Below are positions 17,240 to 25,119 of a stretch of DNA of 25,119 nucleotides, one piece after another (position 1 is the stretch's first letter; each line of letters opens with the position of its first letter). A program made the position numbers and the translations under genes. Source of the stretch: an uncultured Clostridia bacterium (GTDB lineage: Bacteria > Bacillota > Clostridia > Lutisporales > Lutisporaceae); the NCBI GenBank assembly GCA_937976095.1, contig CALJSV010000153.1, positions 1 through 25,119 of the forward strand, read 5' to 3'. The notes under the pieces were generated by a model, which saw only the letters and a program-made list of their open reading frames with translations, ran no database searches and was not told the DNA's origin.

Positions 17240-17878
17240 ATGAACGAGCTTTTTACTACAGCTGTTACGGGAGTAAATATTATTCCTACCACTTTATTGG
17301 GCTTGGTTATTTTGTATTGGGTGTTTGTAATAGTTGGTGCTCTTGATTTGTCTTCCTTGGATATTGATATAGATGGGGATGCGGATTTGGACTCTATATC
17401 AGGTCCGTTGCATAGCATAATGCTGCTATTCAAAATAGGTCAACTTCCTATAGGGTTTGTTATCAGTGTTATCATTTTAGTATTTTGGGTATTATCAATG
17501 GCTATGCACTTACTGCCCTTTAAGACAGGGGGAATCCTTGCCGGCATTATCATGCTTCCCAGCTTCGTTTTAAGTATATTTATTACAAAAATTATCTTAA
17601 GCCCCTTTGAGAAAGCATTTAGGAGTAGGGTCAAGTCTGAGCTTGAGGAAGAAATCATTGAGGGCAGACGGGGAGTACTTCTATGCGACCTTACCTTTGG
17701 TCGTTTGGGGCAGGTTGAGATAAAAAGGAATGGCAGCCCAATAATTATCAATGTAAAGATGATAAAGGAAGAAGAATTACAAAAGGGAAATGAAGTTCTG
17801 ATCCTAAAAAAGGATGAAGAAAAAGACTTTTACTTAATTACTAAACTTGAAGGAGTGATAAACAAATGGCTTTCTTAA
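17240..17878 (+). CDS. NfeD-like membrane protein (YuaF/YqiJ family): TM helices plus C-terminal OB-fold
   Basis: Three or four TM segments. An acidic loop DIDIDGDADLDS. A C-terminal beta-rich segment EGRRGVLLCDLTFGRLGQVEIKRNGSPIIINVKMI typical of the NfeD OB-fold. It sits immediately upstream of a flotillin gene and overlaps it by 13 nt, as in yuaF-floT / yqiJ-yqiK. Confidence 0.7.
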   Translation: MNELFTTAVTGVNIIPTTLLGLVILYWVFVIVGALDLSSLDIDIDGDADLDSISGPLHSIMLLFKIGQLPIGFVISVIILVFWVLSMAMHLLPFKTGGILAGIIMLPSFVLSIFITKIILSPFEKAFRSRVKSELEEEIIEGRRGVLLCDLTFGRLGQVEIKRNGSPIIINVKMIKEEELQKGNEVLILKKDEEKDFYLITKLEGVINKWLS

Positions 17879-20001
17879 CACAAGTACCTTTCTTAACACA
17901 GGTAACATTAGTTACTGCAGTAGCTTTGGTTGTAATCGTTTTTGGACTAATTGCTTTAATATCCAAGTTTTACAAAAAAGTAGAACAGAGTAAGGTAATA
18001 GTACGAAATGGTGTTGGAGGACAGATCGTCTCATTTGGAGGAATGCTGGTTATACCTATTTTACATAGGGCAGAAATAATGGATGTTTCGGTAAAAAGAG
18101 TTGAAATATCAAGAGAGGGTAAGGATGGGCTGATCTGTAAGGATAACATGAGGGCAGACATAAGAGTTGCTTTCTTTGTCAGGGTTAACCAAACTAGGGA
18201 GGATGTGCTGAAGGTTGCTCAATCCCTGGGATGTCAAAAGGCTTCAGATCCAGGAACACTAATGGAATTCTTTGATGCAAAGTTTTCAGAAGCATTAAAA
18301 ACTGTAGGCAAGAAATTTGATTTCGTACAGCTATATACAGAAAGAGAAAAATTCAAAAGTGAAATTCTTCAGATTATAGGTACTGACTTAAATGGATATA
18401 TTCTTGAAGATGCAGCCATTGATTATTTGGAGCAGACTGATATAAATAAGCTAAACAGCAATAATATTCTTGATGCCGAGGGTATCAAAAAAATTACGGA
18501 GCTAACCTCTCATCAGTTGATTCTTGCAAATCAGATTGAGCGAAACAAGGAAAAAACTATTAAGCAGCAGGATGTGGCAGCTAGGGAGGCTATTCTTGAG
18601 CTTGAGAAACAGAATCAAGAAGCAGAAGCCCGTCAGCAAAGAGAAATAGCTATTATTAGAGCCAGAGAAAAAGCAGAGACTGATAAAGTCTCACAGGAAG
18701 AGCGCTTAAAGGCGGAGATGGCTCGCATTAAGACGGATGAGGATATTGCTATTGCAGAAGAAAACAAGCAAAGACAGATTGTTGTAGCAACAAAGTCTAA
18801 AGAAAGTACAGAAGTAGTAGAGACAGAAAGAGTTGATAAGAAGAGACTTTTGGAGAAGGTAGACAAAGAAAAGCTGGTAGCTCTTGCGGAGATCGATAAA
18901 GAGAAAACCCTTGAGGAAGAGAAGAAAAACATTCAGACAGTTATTCGTGAGCGTGTGGCTGTTGAAAAAGATGTAGTAATTGAAGAAGAGAAAATAAAAG
19001 ATACAAAGGTAATTGCTGAAGCTGAACGTCAAAAGCAAGCAGCTTTAAAAAAGGCTCAAGAGCAAGCAGAGTCTAATTTGATCGTAGAGGTTCAAAATGC
19101 CGAAGCGGCAAAGCAAGTAGCCGAAAGAGCTGCACAGCAAAGAGTTATTGAAGCTGAAGCTAAGCTGCAATCTTCAGAAAAGGAAGCTGAGGCTATCAAA
19201 ATACTTGCTGATGCTCAGATAGTGCAGGCAGCCACAAGTGGATTGGCAGAAGCCCGCGTTATAGAGACAAAGGCGTCAGCTATGGAAAAGGAAGGCGGCT
19301 CGAAGGCAAGAGTAATGGAGGCAACAGCGGAGGCAGAAGCTAAAGCAATCGAGATAAAAGCACTGGCAGAAGCAAAGGGCGAAGAGGCAAAGGTTATTGT
19401 AAGAGAAAAATCCGGAACTGTTGAGGTTGATATTATGTCTAAAAAATATCATGCCGAAGCAGAAGGGATTGCGAAAAAAGCTACCAGCATGAAGGCACTG
19501 GATGAAGCAGGCAGAGGTCACGAGGAGTTTAAGCTTAAGCTTGATAAAGAGAAGGAAATTGAGCTTGCTCAAATAAATATTCAAAAGGATATAGCAGAAG
19601 CACAAGCAGCAGTTATAAGTGAAGCCTTGAAGTCAGCATCTATTGATATCGTTGGCGGAGAGACAATGTTCTTTGACAAAATCGTTGGTGCTATTACCCA
19701 AGGTAAGTCCGTTGACCGTGTTGTTAAAAACAGCGAGGTGCTAAGTGATATTAAGAACACTTTTATCACAGGTGATGGAGATTATTTTAGATCTCAGTTA
19801 GAGAGACTGACTTCAAAATTCAATCTGACTTCAGAGGACTTAAAAAATCTATCAATTTCAGCTGCTATTCACAAAGCAATGAAGTTTGCGGATTCATCCG
19901 AGAAGACAGCGCTTATGAAGCTACTGGAAACTGCAGAAAAGGCGGGCTTAGCAAATTTGCCGGCTAACCTTCTTGGAAAACAAATTACTAGCAATGAGTA
20001 A
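17866..20001 (+). CDS. floT: Flotillin-like SPFH/band-7 protein (FloT/YqiK family), unusually long
   Basis: N-terminal TM helix followed by KKVEQSKVIVRNGVGG. SPFH domain. Roughly 300 aa of E/A/K-rich coiled coil. 711 aa in total. Confidence 0.8.
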   Translation: MAFLTQVPFLTQVTLVTAVALVVIVFGLIALISKFYKKVEQSKVIVRNGVGGQIVSFGGMLVIPILHRAEIMDVSVKRVEISREGKDGLICKDNMRADIRVAFFVRVNQTREDVLKVAQSLGCQKASDPGTLMEFFDAKFSEALKTVGKKFDFVQLYTEREKFKSEILQIIGTDLNGYILEDAAIDYLEQTDINKLNSNNILDAEGIKKITELTSHQLILANQIERNKEKTIKQQDVAAREAILELEKQNQEAEARQQREIAIIRAREKAETDKVSQEERLKAEMARIKTDEDIAIAEENKQRQIVVATKSKESTEVVETERVDKKRLLEKVDKEKLVALAEIDKEKTLEEEKKNIQTVIRERVAVEKDVVIEEEKIKDTKVIAEAERQKQAALKKAQEQAESNLIVEVQNAEAAKQVAERAAQQRVIEAEAKLQSSEKEAEAIKILADAQIVQAATSGLAEARVIETKASAMEKEGGSKARVMEATAEAEAKAIEIKALAEAKGEEAKVIVREKSGTVEVDIMSKKYHAEAEGIAKKATSMKALDEAGRGHEEFKLKLDKEKEIELAQINIQKDIAEAQAAVISEALKSASIDIVGGETMFFDKIVGAITQGKSVDRVVKNSEVLSDIKNTFITGDGDYFRSQLERLTSKFNLTSEDLKNLSISAAIHKAMKFADSSEKTALMKLLETAEKAGLANLPANLLGKQITSNE

Positions 20002-20018
20002 ATGAGGTGTAGTGAGCT

Positions 20019-23000
20019 GTGGGTGAACTAAAAACAACTGAACAAGGCGGACAAAATCCAGCCGAAGGTATTGAAAATGGCACATATGAATTAATAAAGA
20101 GCAGACTAGGCAAAATAGGCAGCGACCTGAAGGAAAAACTCGATAAATTAAATATTTCCAGAAGAAGCGTGTTTGGTTCAATTGAGACAACCCTGCTCGG
20201 CAGTGAAAAGATTATTACTGAAAACAATTGCGTCCCACGAGACATGGCTCCCGTGGGAGCTTTGTTTATCTTCGGTTACAACGTATATATTGGACTGAAA
20301 TCCTCTGTTGAGCTTTCTGACGTCTTTTCCATCTATGAATACAAGGGTGGATCATTCCACAAACAATCCTTAGAGCTTATTAACAATGATCAATTTTTAA
20401 ACGACTTCAAAGAATTATATAAGTACTACAAGAATACTTTCTTTGCAAAGTTTACAAATGTAGGACCTTATCTTTATATGGTATTTCAGACCGGGAAGAG
20501 TCCCTTTGATATAAAAGCCTTCAAATGGCTTATGAAGGATGGCAAGCTTTCCTACGTAGACAACAGGAGTGAGCATGAGGTAAGACTGAAGGTTCAAAGT
20601 GAGCTTGATTGGGTTAGAGCTAAGAGAGAGGATCACTGTGAGGGCAGGCATCCGCATATATCAATTAGAGATAAGGTCTTTGTAGAAACCTTAGGTGGAG
20701 ACCTTACTATAAAGGTAGAGAATAACACGGATACCGGTAAAGGCATTTACTCTGAGACTGTGGAAGATATGGATCAGACCCTTGATGATGCTGAAATATA
20801 TTATGCGTCAGTAGGAAATCTAATACTTTTGAAAATTCTTCCTTACAGGGAAAAAGAGTACCGCTACATAATATTTAATGAAAAGCTGCAGATGGTTGTT
20901 CGAGTAGATGCTATAAAGGATTCTTGCGTGCTGTTGCCGGATAACCATGGACTTATATTCCCTAAGGGCTATTATTTGCAAAGCGGTGAACATAAGCTTT
21001 TTGAAGTGCCCAGTGAAGGCTTTGTTTTTGTTCAGCGTATAGAAGCTCCTAATGGAGAGGATTTTCAGTACATTTTCTACAATATGGAAACGGGATTATA
21101 CCTGATATATACATACAATATAATTGAGCAATCATTGGAAATACCGATAATCTGTGGTGGCTACTCACATTTTAACAATGGTGAGATGGTGATTTTTAAG
21201 GGGGAAGACGAGCCTCGTAAGAACCATACCCTGCAAATATGGCAGACTCCATATGTGGGAGAAGGCTACACGGTTGAGAATAAAAGCGACTCAGTTCTGT
21301 ATAAAATAGGCAATAAAGAAGTTGTTCATTGTATGGCAGACTGCAAGGTAGTATATAACCTTATTCAAAAAGGGGAGAGCTATACAAGCATATACCTGGA
21401 CATCGTAAAAGACACTGAAAGAATTATGGACTCTTATTATTGGCTGGACAAAGCTGAGGCCTTTAACCTGAAAGCAGTGCTAAAAAGCGTAAAAGAGGCT
21501 GCTACTTCAGCAGTTGCTGAGTTTGAAAAGGTAACAAGAATAAGGTGTTCTACAGAGAAGCAAATCAAAGAAGTAGATGAAAAGGCTCAAGTGCTGCTGA
21601 AGAATGCTGAGTACGGTACATTTGACAGTATTCAAGGTTATGTGCAGATTCTGGCAGATTTAAGGTCTTTAAGAGGAGAGATAGCTTCTCTCAAGGCCTT
21701 GCGCTACACTAATTTGCCGCTGGTTGAGTCACTGGAAGAGAAGGTCAAAGAAAAAAATGAAAGGCTAACCCAAAGATGTACTGAGTTTCTTCTGGTTCCT
21801 GAAGGACTCAGGCCTTACTCACAGCAGGTTGACAATCAGCAGAGCCAGATTCCTTCTATTACTAAGACCTCTTCGGGAAAAGAGCTGGAGAATGAGATGG
21901 CAAAATCCTCTCAGGACTTAGAGCTGCTAATTGATATTGTAAGCAATTTTAATATAGAAGACCCGACAAAAACAACAGAGATAATTGAAAATATATCTGC
22001 CATATTTTCTCTCCTAAACCAGGCTAAAGCAAAGCTGAAAAACCGTATGGTAGAGCTTTCCGAAAAAGAGGGAATTGCACAGTTTCACTCCCAGATGAAG
22101 CTGCTAGACCAAGCTGCTGTTAATTATCTTGAAGTTGCAGATGGCATGGAAAAATGCGAATTATATCTGAACAAGATAATGGTACAGATTGAGGAGCTGG
22201 AAGGCAGATTTGCAGATTTTGAAGACTTCATTGTAAAGCTTAATGAAAAGCGGGAAGAGCTTTATAATGCTTTTGAAGCAAAAAAACAGATGATTTTAGA
22301 GAAACGGAACAAAAAGCTCACTGCTCTTTTTGGCACATCTGAGAGGATACTAACTGGAATTATCAGCCGACTTCAGGGCTTTAATACTATTAATGAGATT
22401 AACGGCTACCTTGCATCAGATATCATGATCGATAAGGTAAGAGATATCATTGATCAGCTTAAGGCATTGGGAGATAGTGTGAAGGCTGATGAAATTGAAG
22501 GAAGGCTAAAGATAATAAAAGAGGAGGCTATCCGTCAGCTAAAAGACAAACAGGAGTTATTTGTTCATGGGAAAAACGTAATTAAGCTCGGCAGGCATTA
22601 CTTTTCCTATAATACTCAGCAGCTTGAGCTGTCAATGGTGCAAAAGGACGGAGAACTATATTTTCATATTACTGGAACTGATTTCTGGGAAAAAGTATCA
22701 TCAGATAGTATGGCTAAGTTCCACTACCTGTGGGACCAGGAAGTACTGTCAGAATCTAAGTATATTTATCGTGCCGAGTACCTTGCATATAAGATATTTG
22801 AGGCAGCTTTAAGTAAGGAGGTAGTATCCCTTGATACGCTTTATTCATACTCTGAGGAACAGCTATTGGAATACATCCGCAAGTTTATGGAGCCACGTTA
22901 TCAAGAGGGATATACAAAAGGTGTCCATGACGCAGATTGTCACAAACTACTAAAAGCGCTTTTGAATTTGCACATGAATATTGACCTGTTAACCTACAGT

Positions 23001-24968
23001 CCAAAATCCAGAGCCATTGCAAAGCTATACTGGCAGTGCATAGCCGGCTCAGAAATAAAGGATAAGTTTAGCAGACGCTTAAGGGAATTGGCAAAAATAA
23101 GCATGTACTTCAAGACAGAGCCTGGATTGGGGGATTATATCCCTACCATCGAAACAGAAATGAACAGTGCTTTCAATAATTACAAATTCGTTGATAAAGG
23201 CTTTGTTTATGAAGCTTCAGAATATCTATGCAGGGAGCTAATGCGTGGCAGCTCATTTATAGCAAGTCTTGAAGCAGATGAAGCCAAAAGCAAGTTTTTG
23301 CAACATCTTAAAGCCAATAAAGCAGAAAGCCTTTTTGCTGAGTCTCTTAAGGCCTTTAATGAAGACTTGGAAGGAGCATATTATCTTGTACGGGAGTGGC
23401 TTACTGCGTTCTTTAAAGAAACAGGCTTAAATGAGGGCATTGACGTAATGGATGAAGTCATTACTTTGTTAATTGTTGATAGTAGCAAAGTCGACATCAG
23501 CAGACAAAAAGTTATTAACATGAAAACAAGGGTGATGATCACCGAATTAAGTGGAAATCATCCAAGCATAAAAGGAGGAGAGTATACTCTTTCATATACA
23601 GAGTTCATGAAAAAACTAAAGGAATATGATAAAACTGTTGTATGTGATTTCATTGAATTTCAAGCTTTGAAGAAGGAGCTTTCACAGAGATTTAGAGATG
23701 AACTCCGCTTGGAGGAGTTTAAGCCTAATGTGTTATCCTCCTTTGTAAGAAATCGATTAATAGATAAGGTGTATCTGCCGTTGATTGGTGATAACCTTGC
23801 AAAACAAATAGGTACAGCAGGCGAAGATAAACGAACAGACCTGATGGGCATGCTTCTATTGATATCTCCACCAGGCTATGGAAAGACAACCCTTGTAGAG
23901 TATATTGCAAATCGTCTTGGCATTTTTCTTATCAAGATCAACGGACCTGCTATTGGAAACGATGTAACTTCACTGGATCCTGCTATGGCTCCAAATGCAG
24001 GTGCAAGAGAAGAGCTGAGAAAGCTCAACCTAGCCTTTAAAATGGGCAACAATGTTATGATTTATCTGGATGATATACAGCACTGCAGCCCGGAGTTTCT
24101 GCAAAAGTTTATTCCTCTGTGTGACGGACAAAGGAAAATTGAAGGTGTTTATAATGGGATGGGGCAATCCTATGACCTTAGAGGGAAGAAGCTGGCTGTT
24201 GTCATGGCAGGGAATCCATACACAGAGAGCGGTGAAAAGTTCCAGATTCCTGACATGCTTGCAAATAGAGCAGATGTCTATAATCTTGGAGACATGCTCC
24301 ACGAAAACGAAAATGCATTTAAGCTGAGCTATATCGAGAATTCTTTGACCTCTAACCCTATTCTTAATAAGCTTGCATCCAGAAGTCAGAAAGATATTTA
24401 CACTATGATTGACATTGCAGAGAATGGGGAAAGAGAGGGCTTGGATTTTGAAAGCCAATACTCTGTTGAAGAGATAAATGAGTTTGTGGCTGTTATTCAA
24501 AAGCTTATGAAGGTGCGCGATATAGTTCTAAAGATCAATATGGAATATATCTATTCTGCTGCACAAGCTGATGAATACAGAAAAGAGCCACCCTTTAAGC
24601 TTCAAGGCTCCTACAGGAATATGAACAAAATATCAGAAAGAATAGTTCCATTAATGAATGATGAAGAGCTGATGCAAATGGTTGCGAACGCCTATGAAAA
24701 TGACTCGCAAACCTTAACACAGGGAGCAGAAGGCAATATGCTGAAATGGAAGGATATTGCAGGACATATCAATGAACAAGAAGCCTTGAGGTGGAAGGAA
24801 ATAAGAGATATTTTCTTAAAAAACAAGCTGGCGAGGGATGATAGCAAAATAGGTCAGGCAATTATTAAGCTTGGTGATTTAAATGAACAGCTAGGGGTTA
24901 TGACAAGCGTACTGACAAAAGGTGTAGAGAGGATGTGTGGTCACACCCCAGCTCCGCCAAATAAGTAA
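20019..24968 (+). CDS. Giant (1649 aa) protein: unknown N-terminal ~480-aa domain, long coiled-coil/helical middle region, C-terminal single AAA+ ATPase of the MoxR/McrB (helix-2-insert) clade
   Basis: GTG start with RBS GAGGTG, 17 bp after the flotillin stop. Walker A LISPPGYGKTT. Walker-B region MIYLDDIQHCSPEFLQ (compare MoxR hhhhDEINRA). AVVMAGNPYTESGEKFQIPDMLANRADV matches the MoxR ATQNP...LPEAQLDRF segment. Confidence 0.7.
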   Translation: MGELKTTEQGGQNPAEGIENGTYELIKSRLGKIGSDLKEKLDKLNISRRSVFGSIETTLLGSEKIITENNCVPRDMAPVGALFIFGYNVYIGLKSSVELSDVFSIYEYKGGSFHKQSLELINNDQFLNDFKELYKYYKNTFFAKFTNVGPYLYMVFQTGKSPFDIKAFKWLMKDGKLSYVDNRSEHEVRLKVQSELDWVRAKREDHCEGRHPHISIRDKVFVETLGGDLTIKVENNTDTGKGIYSETVEDMDQTLDDAEIYYASVGNLILLKILPYREKEYRYIIFNEKLQMVVRVDAIKDSCVLLPDNHGLIFPKGYYLQSGEHKLFEVPSEGFVFVQRIEAPNGEDFQYIFYNMETGLYLIYTYNIIEQSLEIPIICGGYSHFNNGEMVIFKGEDEPRKNHTLQIWQTPYVGEGYTVENKSDSVLYKIGNKEVVHCMADCKVVYNLIQKGESYTSIYLDIVKDTERIMDSYYWLDKAEAFNLKAVLKSVKEAATSAVAEFEKVTRIRCSTEKQIKEVDEKAQVLLKNAEYGTFDSIQGYVQILADLRSLRGEIASLKALRYTNLPLVESLEEKVKEKNERLTQRCTEFLLVPEGLRPYSQQVDNQQSQIPSITKTSSGKELENEMAKSSQDLELLIDIVSNFNIEDPTKTTEIIENISAIFSLLNQAKAKLKNRMVELSEKEGIAQFHSQMKLLDQAAVNYLEVADGMEKCELYLNKIMVQIEELEGRFADFEDFIVKLNEKREELYNAFEAKKQMILEKRNKKLTALFGTSERILTGIISRLQGFNTINEINGYLASDIMIDKVRDIIDQLKALGDSVKADEIEGRLKIIKEEAIRQLKDKQELFVHGKNVIKLGRHYFSYNTQQLELSMVQKDGELYFHITGTDFWEKVSSDSMAKFHYLWDQEVLSESKYIYRAEYLAYKIFEAALSKEVVSLDTLYSYSEEQLLEYIRKFMEPRYQEGYTKGVHDADCHKLLKALLNLHMNIDLLTYSPKSRAIAKLYWQCIAGSEIKDKFSRRLRELAKISMYFKTEPGLGDYIPTIETEMNSAFNNYKFVDKGFVYEASEYLCRELMRGSSFIASLEADEAKSKFLQHLKANKAESLFAESLKAFNEDLEGAYYLVREWLTAFFKETGLNEGIDVMDEVITLLIVDSSKVDISRQKVINMKTRVMITELSGNHPSIKGGEYTLSYTEFMKKLKEYDKTVVCDFIEFQALKKELSQRFRDELRLEEFKPNVLSSFVRNRLIDKVYLPLIGDNLAKQIGTAGEDKRTDLMGMLLLISPPGYGKTTLVEYIANRLGIFLIKINGPAIGNDVTSLDPAMAPNAGAREELRKLNLAFKMGNNVMIYLDDIQHCSPEFLQKFIPLCDGQRKIEGVYNGMGQSYDLRGKKLAVVMAGNPYTESGEKFQIPDMLANRADVYNLGDMLHENENAFKLSYIENSLTSNPILNKLASRSQKDIYTMIDIAENGEREGLDFESQYSVEEINEFVAVIQKLMKVRDIVLKINMEYIYSAAQADEYRKEPPFKLQGSYRNMNKISERIVPLMNDEELMQMVANAYENDSQTLTQGAEGNMLKWKDIAGHINEQEALRWKEIRDIFLKNKLARDDSKIGQAIIKLGDLNEQLGVMTSVLTKGVERMCGHTPAPPNK

Positions 24969-24986
24969 CCAAATTTTGATACATAG

Positions 24987-25023
24987 CCAAAGACCGTTGA
25001 AATCAGCGGTTTTTGGTATTTTT
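24987..25023 (+). terminator. Rho-independent terminator of the giant-gene operon
   Basis: CCAAAGACCGTT gaaatc AGCGGTTTTTGG forms a ~12-bp stem with G-U pairs and is followed by TATTTTT. Confidence 0.5.
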
Positions 25024-25024
25024 A

Positions 25025-25119
25025 GTGCGCCCGGCATGGGCGCAATCTAACGGGTGAGAGTCCCGAACACGCCCTAGTAGTGGGAAGTGTATAGCTTAAG
25101 GCAAGGGTGTCCTTGGCGA
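25025..25119 (+). mobile_element. Putative 5' end of a group II intron (domain I; class C-like insertion after a terminator), truncated by the window end
   Basis: Begins GTGCGCCCGGCATGGGCG, matching the group II 5' consensus GUGYG followed by a GC hairpin. It sits immediately 3' of a terminator stem-loop plus T-tract, the classic class IIC target. Further local hairpins (CGGGTGAGAGTCCCG) are present. Confidence 0.4.

Noticed and set aside
18600-19600. EA/KE-rich periodic sequence that might look like a DNA tandem repeat or CRISPR-like array
   Set aside because: It is protein-level heptad periodicity with no exact nucleotide repeats or spacers. It is coiled-coil coding sequence, not a repeat element.
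18633-19605. Several 60-110 aa ORFs on the minus strand inside the flotillin gene
   Set aside because: They arise from the GAA/GCA-rich coiled-coil coding sequence, which is stop-poor on the opposite strand. They have no RBS and low-complexity translations, so they are artefacts.

Overview
This is a low-GC, Firmicutes/Clostridia-like chromosomal segment made up of several unrelated gene modules. Three regions deserve the most attention.

(a) Positions 9154-13980 form a tight operon: hypB, then a 924-aa multi-cluster Fe-S flavoprotein, then hypA, then a polytopic membrane protein. The flavoprotein has a Cys/His-rich N-terminal domain of unknown function, a ferredoxin motif, and a GltD/NfnB-like FAD/NAD(P) module. 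No hydrogenase structural gene is present, so this could be a novel Ni-dependent redox enzyme or one matured by HypAB.

(b) Positions 17240-24968 form a second operon. An NfeD-like membrane protein is followed by a long flotillin (SPFH) of 711 aa. The 3' end of the NfeD gene overlaps the flotillin start. The flotillin is followed 17 bp later by a 1649-aa giant protein whose C-terminus is a single MoxR/McrB-clade AAA+ domain with an unusual DDIQHC Walker-B segment. This pairs a membrane-microdomain scaffold with a giant ATPase of unknown function.

(c) A TetR regulator plus alpha/beta-hydrolase cassette sits at 5036-6613. It has a consensus promoter, twin 16-bp palindromic operators, and an apparent CTG start codon. 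It is flanked by ~55-bp direct repeats, and the upstream copy is a relic of the 3' end of the convergent FAD-oxidoreductase gene.

Other contents of the window:
- Two paralogous SPL-type radical SAM enzymes bracket a divergently transcribed phosphotransferase gene, with a GyrI-like protein upstream.
- A transposase-like HTH/integrase-core protein appears domesticated: its first catalytic Asp is replaced and no inverted repeats are visible.
- A DEAD-box helicase.
- Several rho-independent terminators.
- At the extreme 3' end, what looks like the 5' end of a group II (class C-like) intron inserted just after a terminator.

No rRNA, tRNA or CRISPR array was found.
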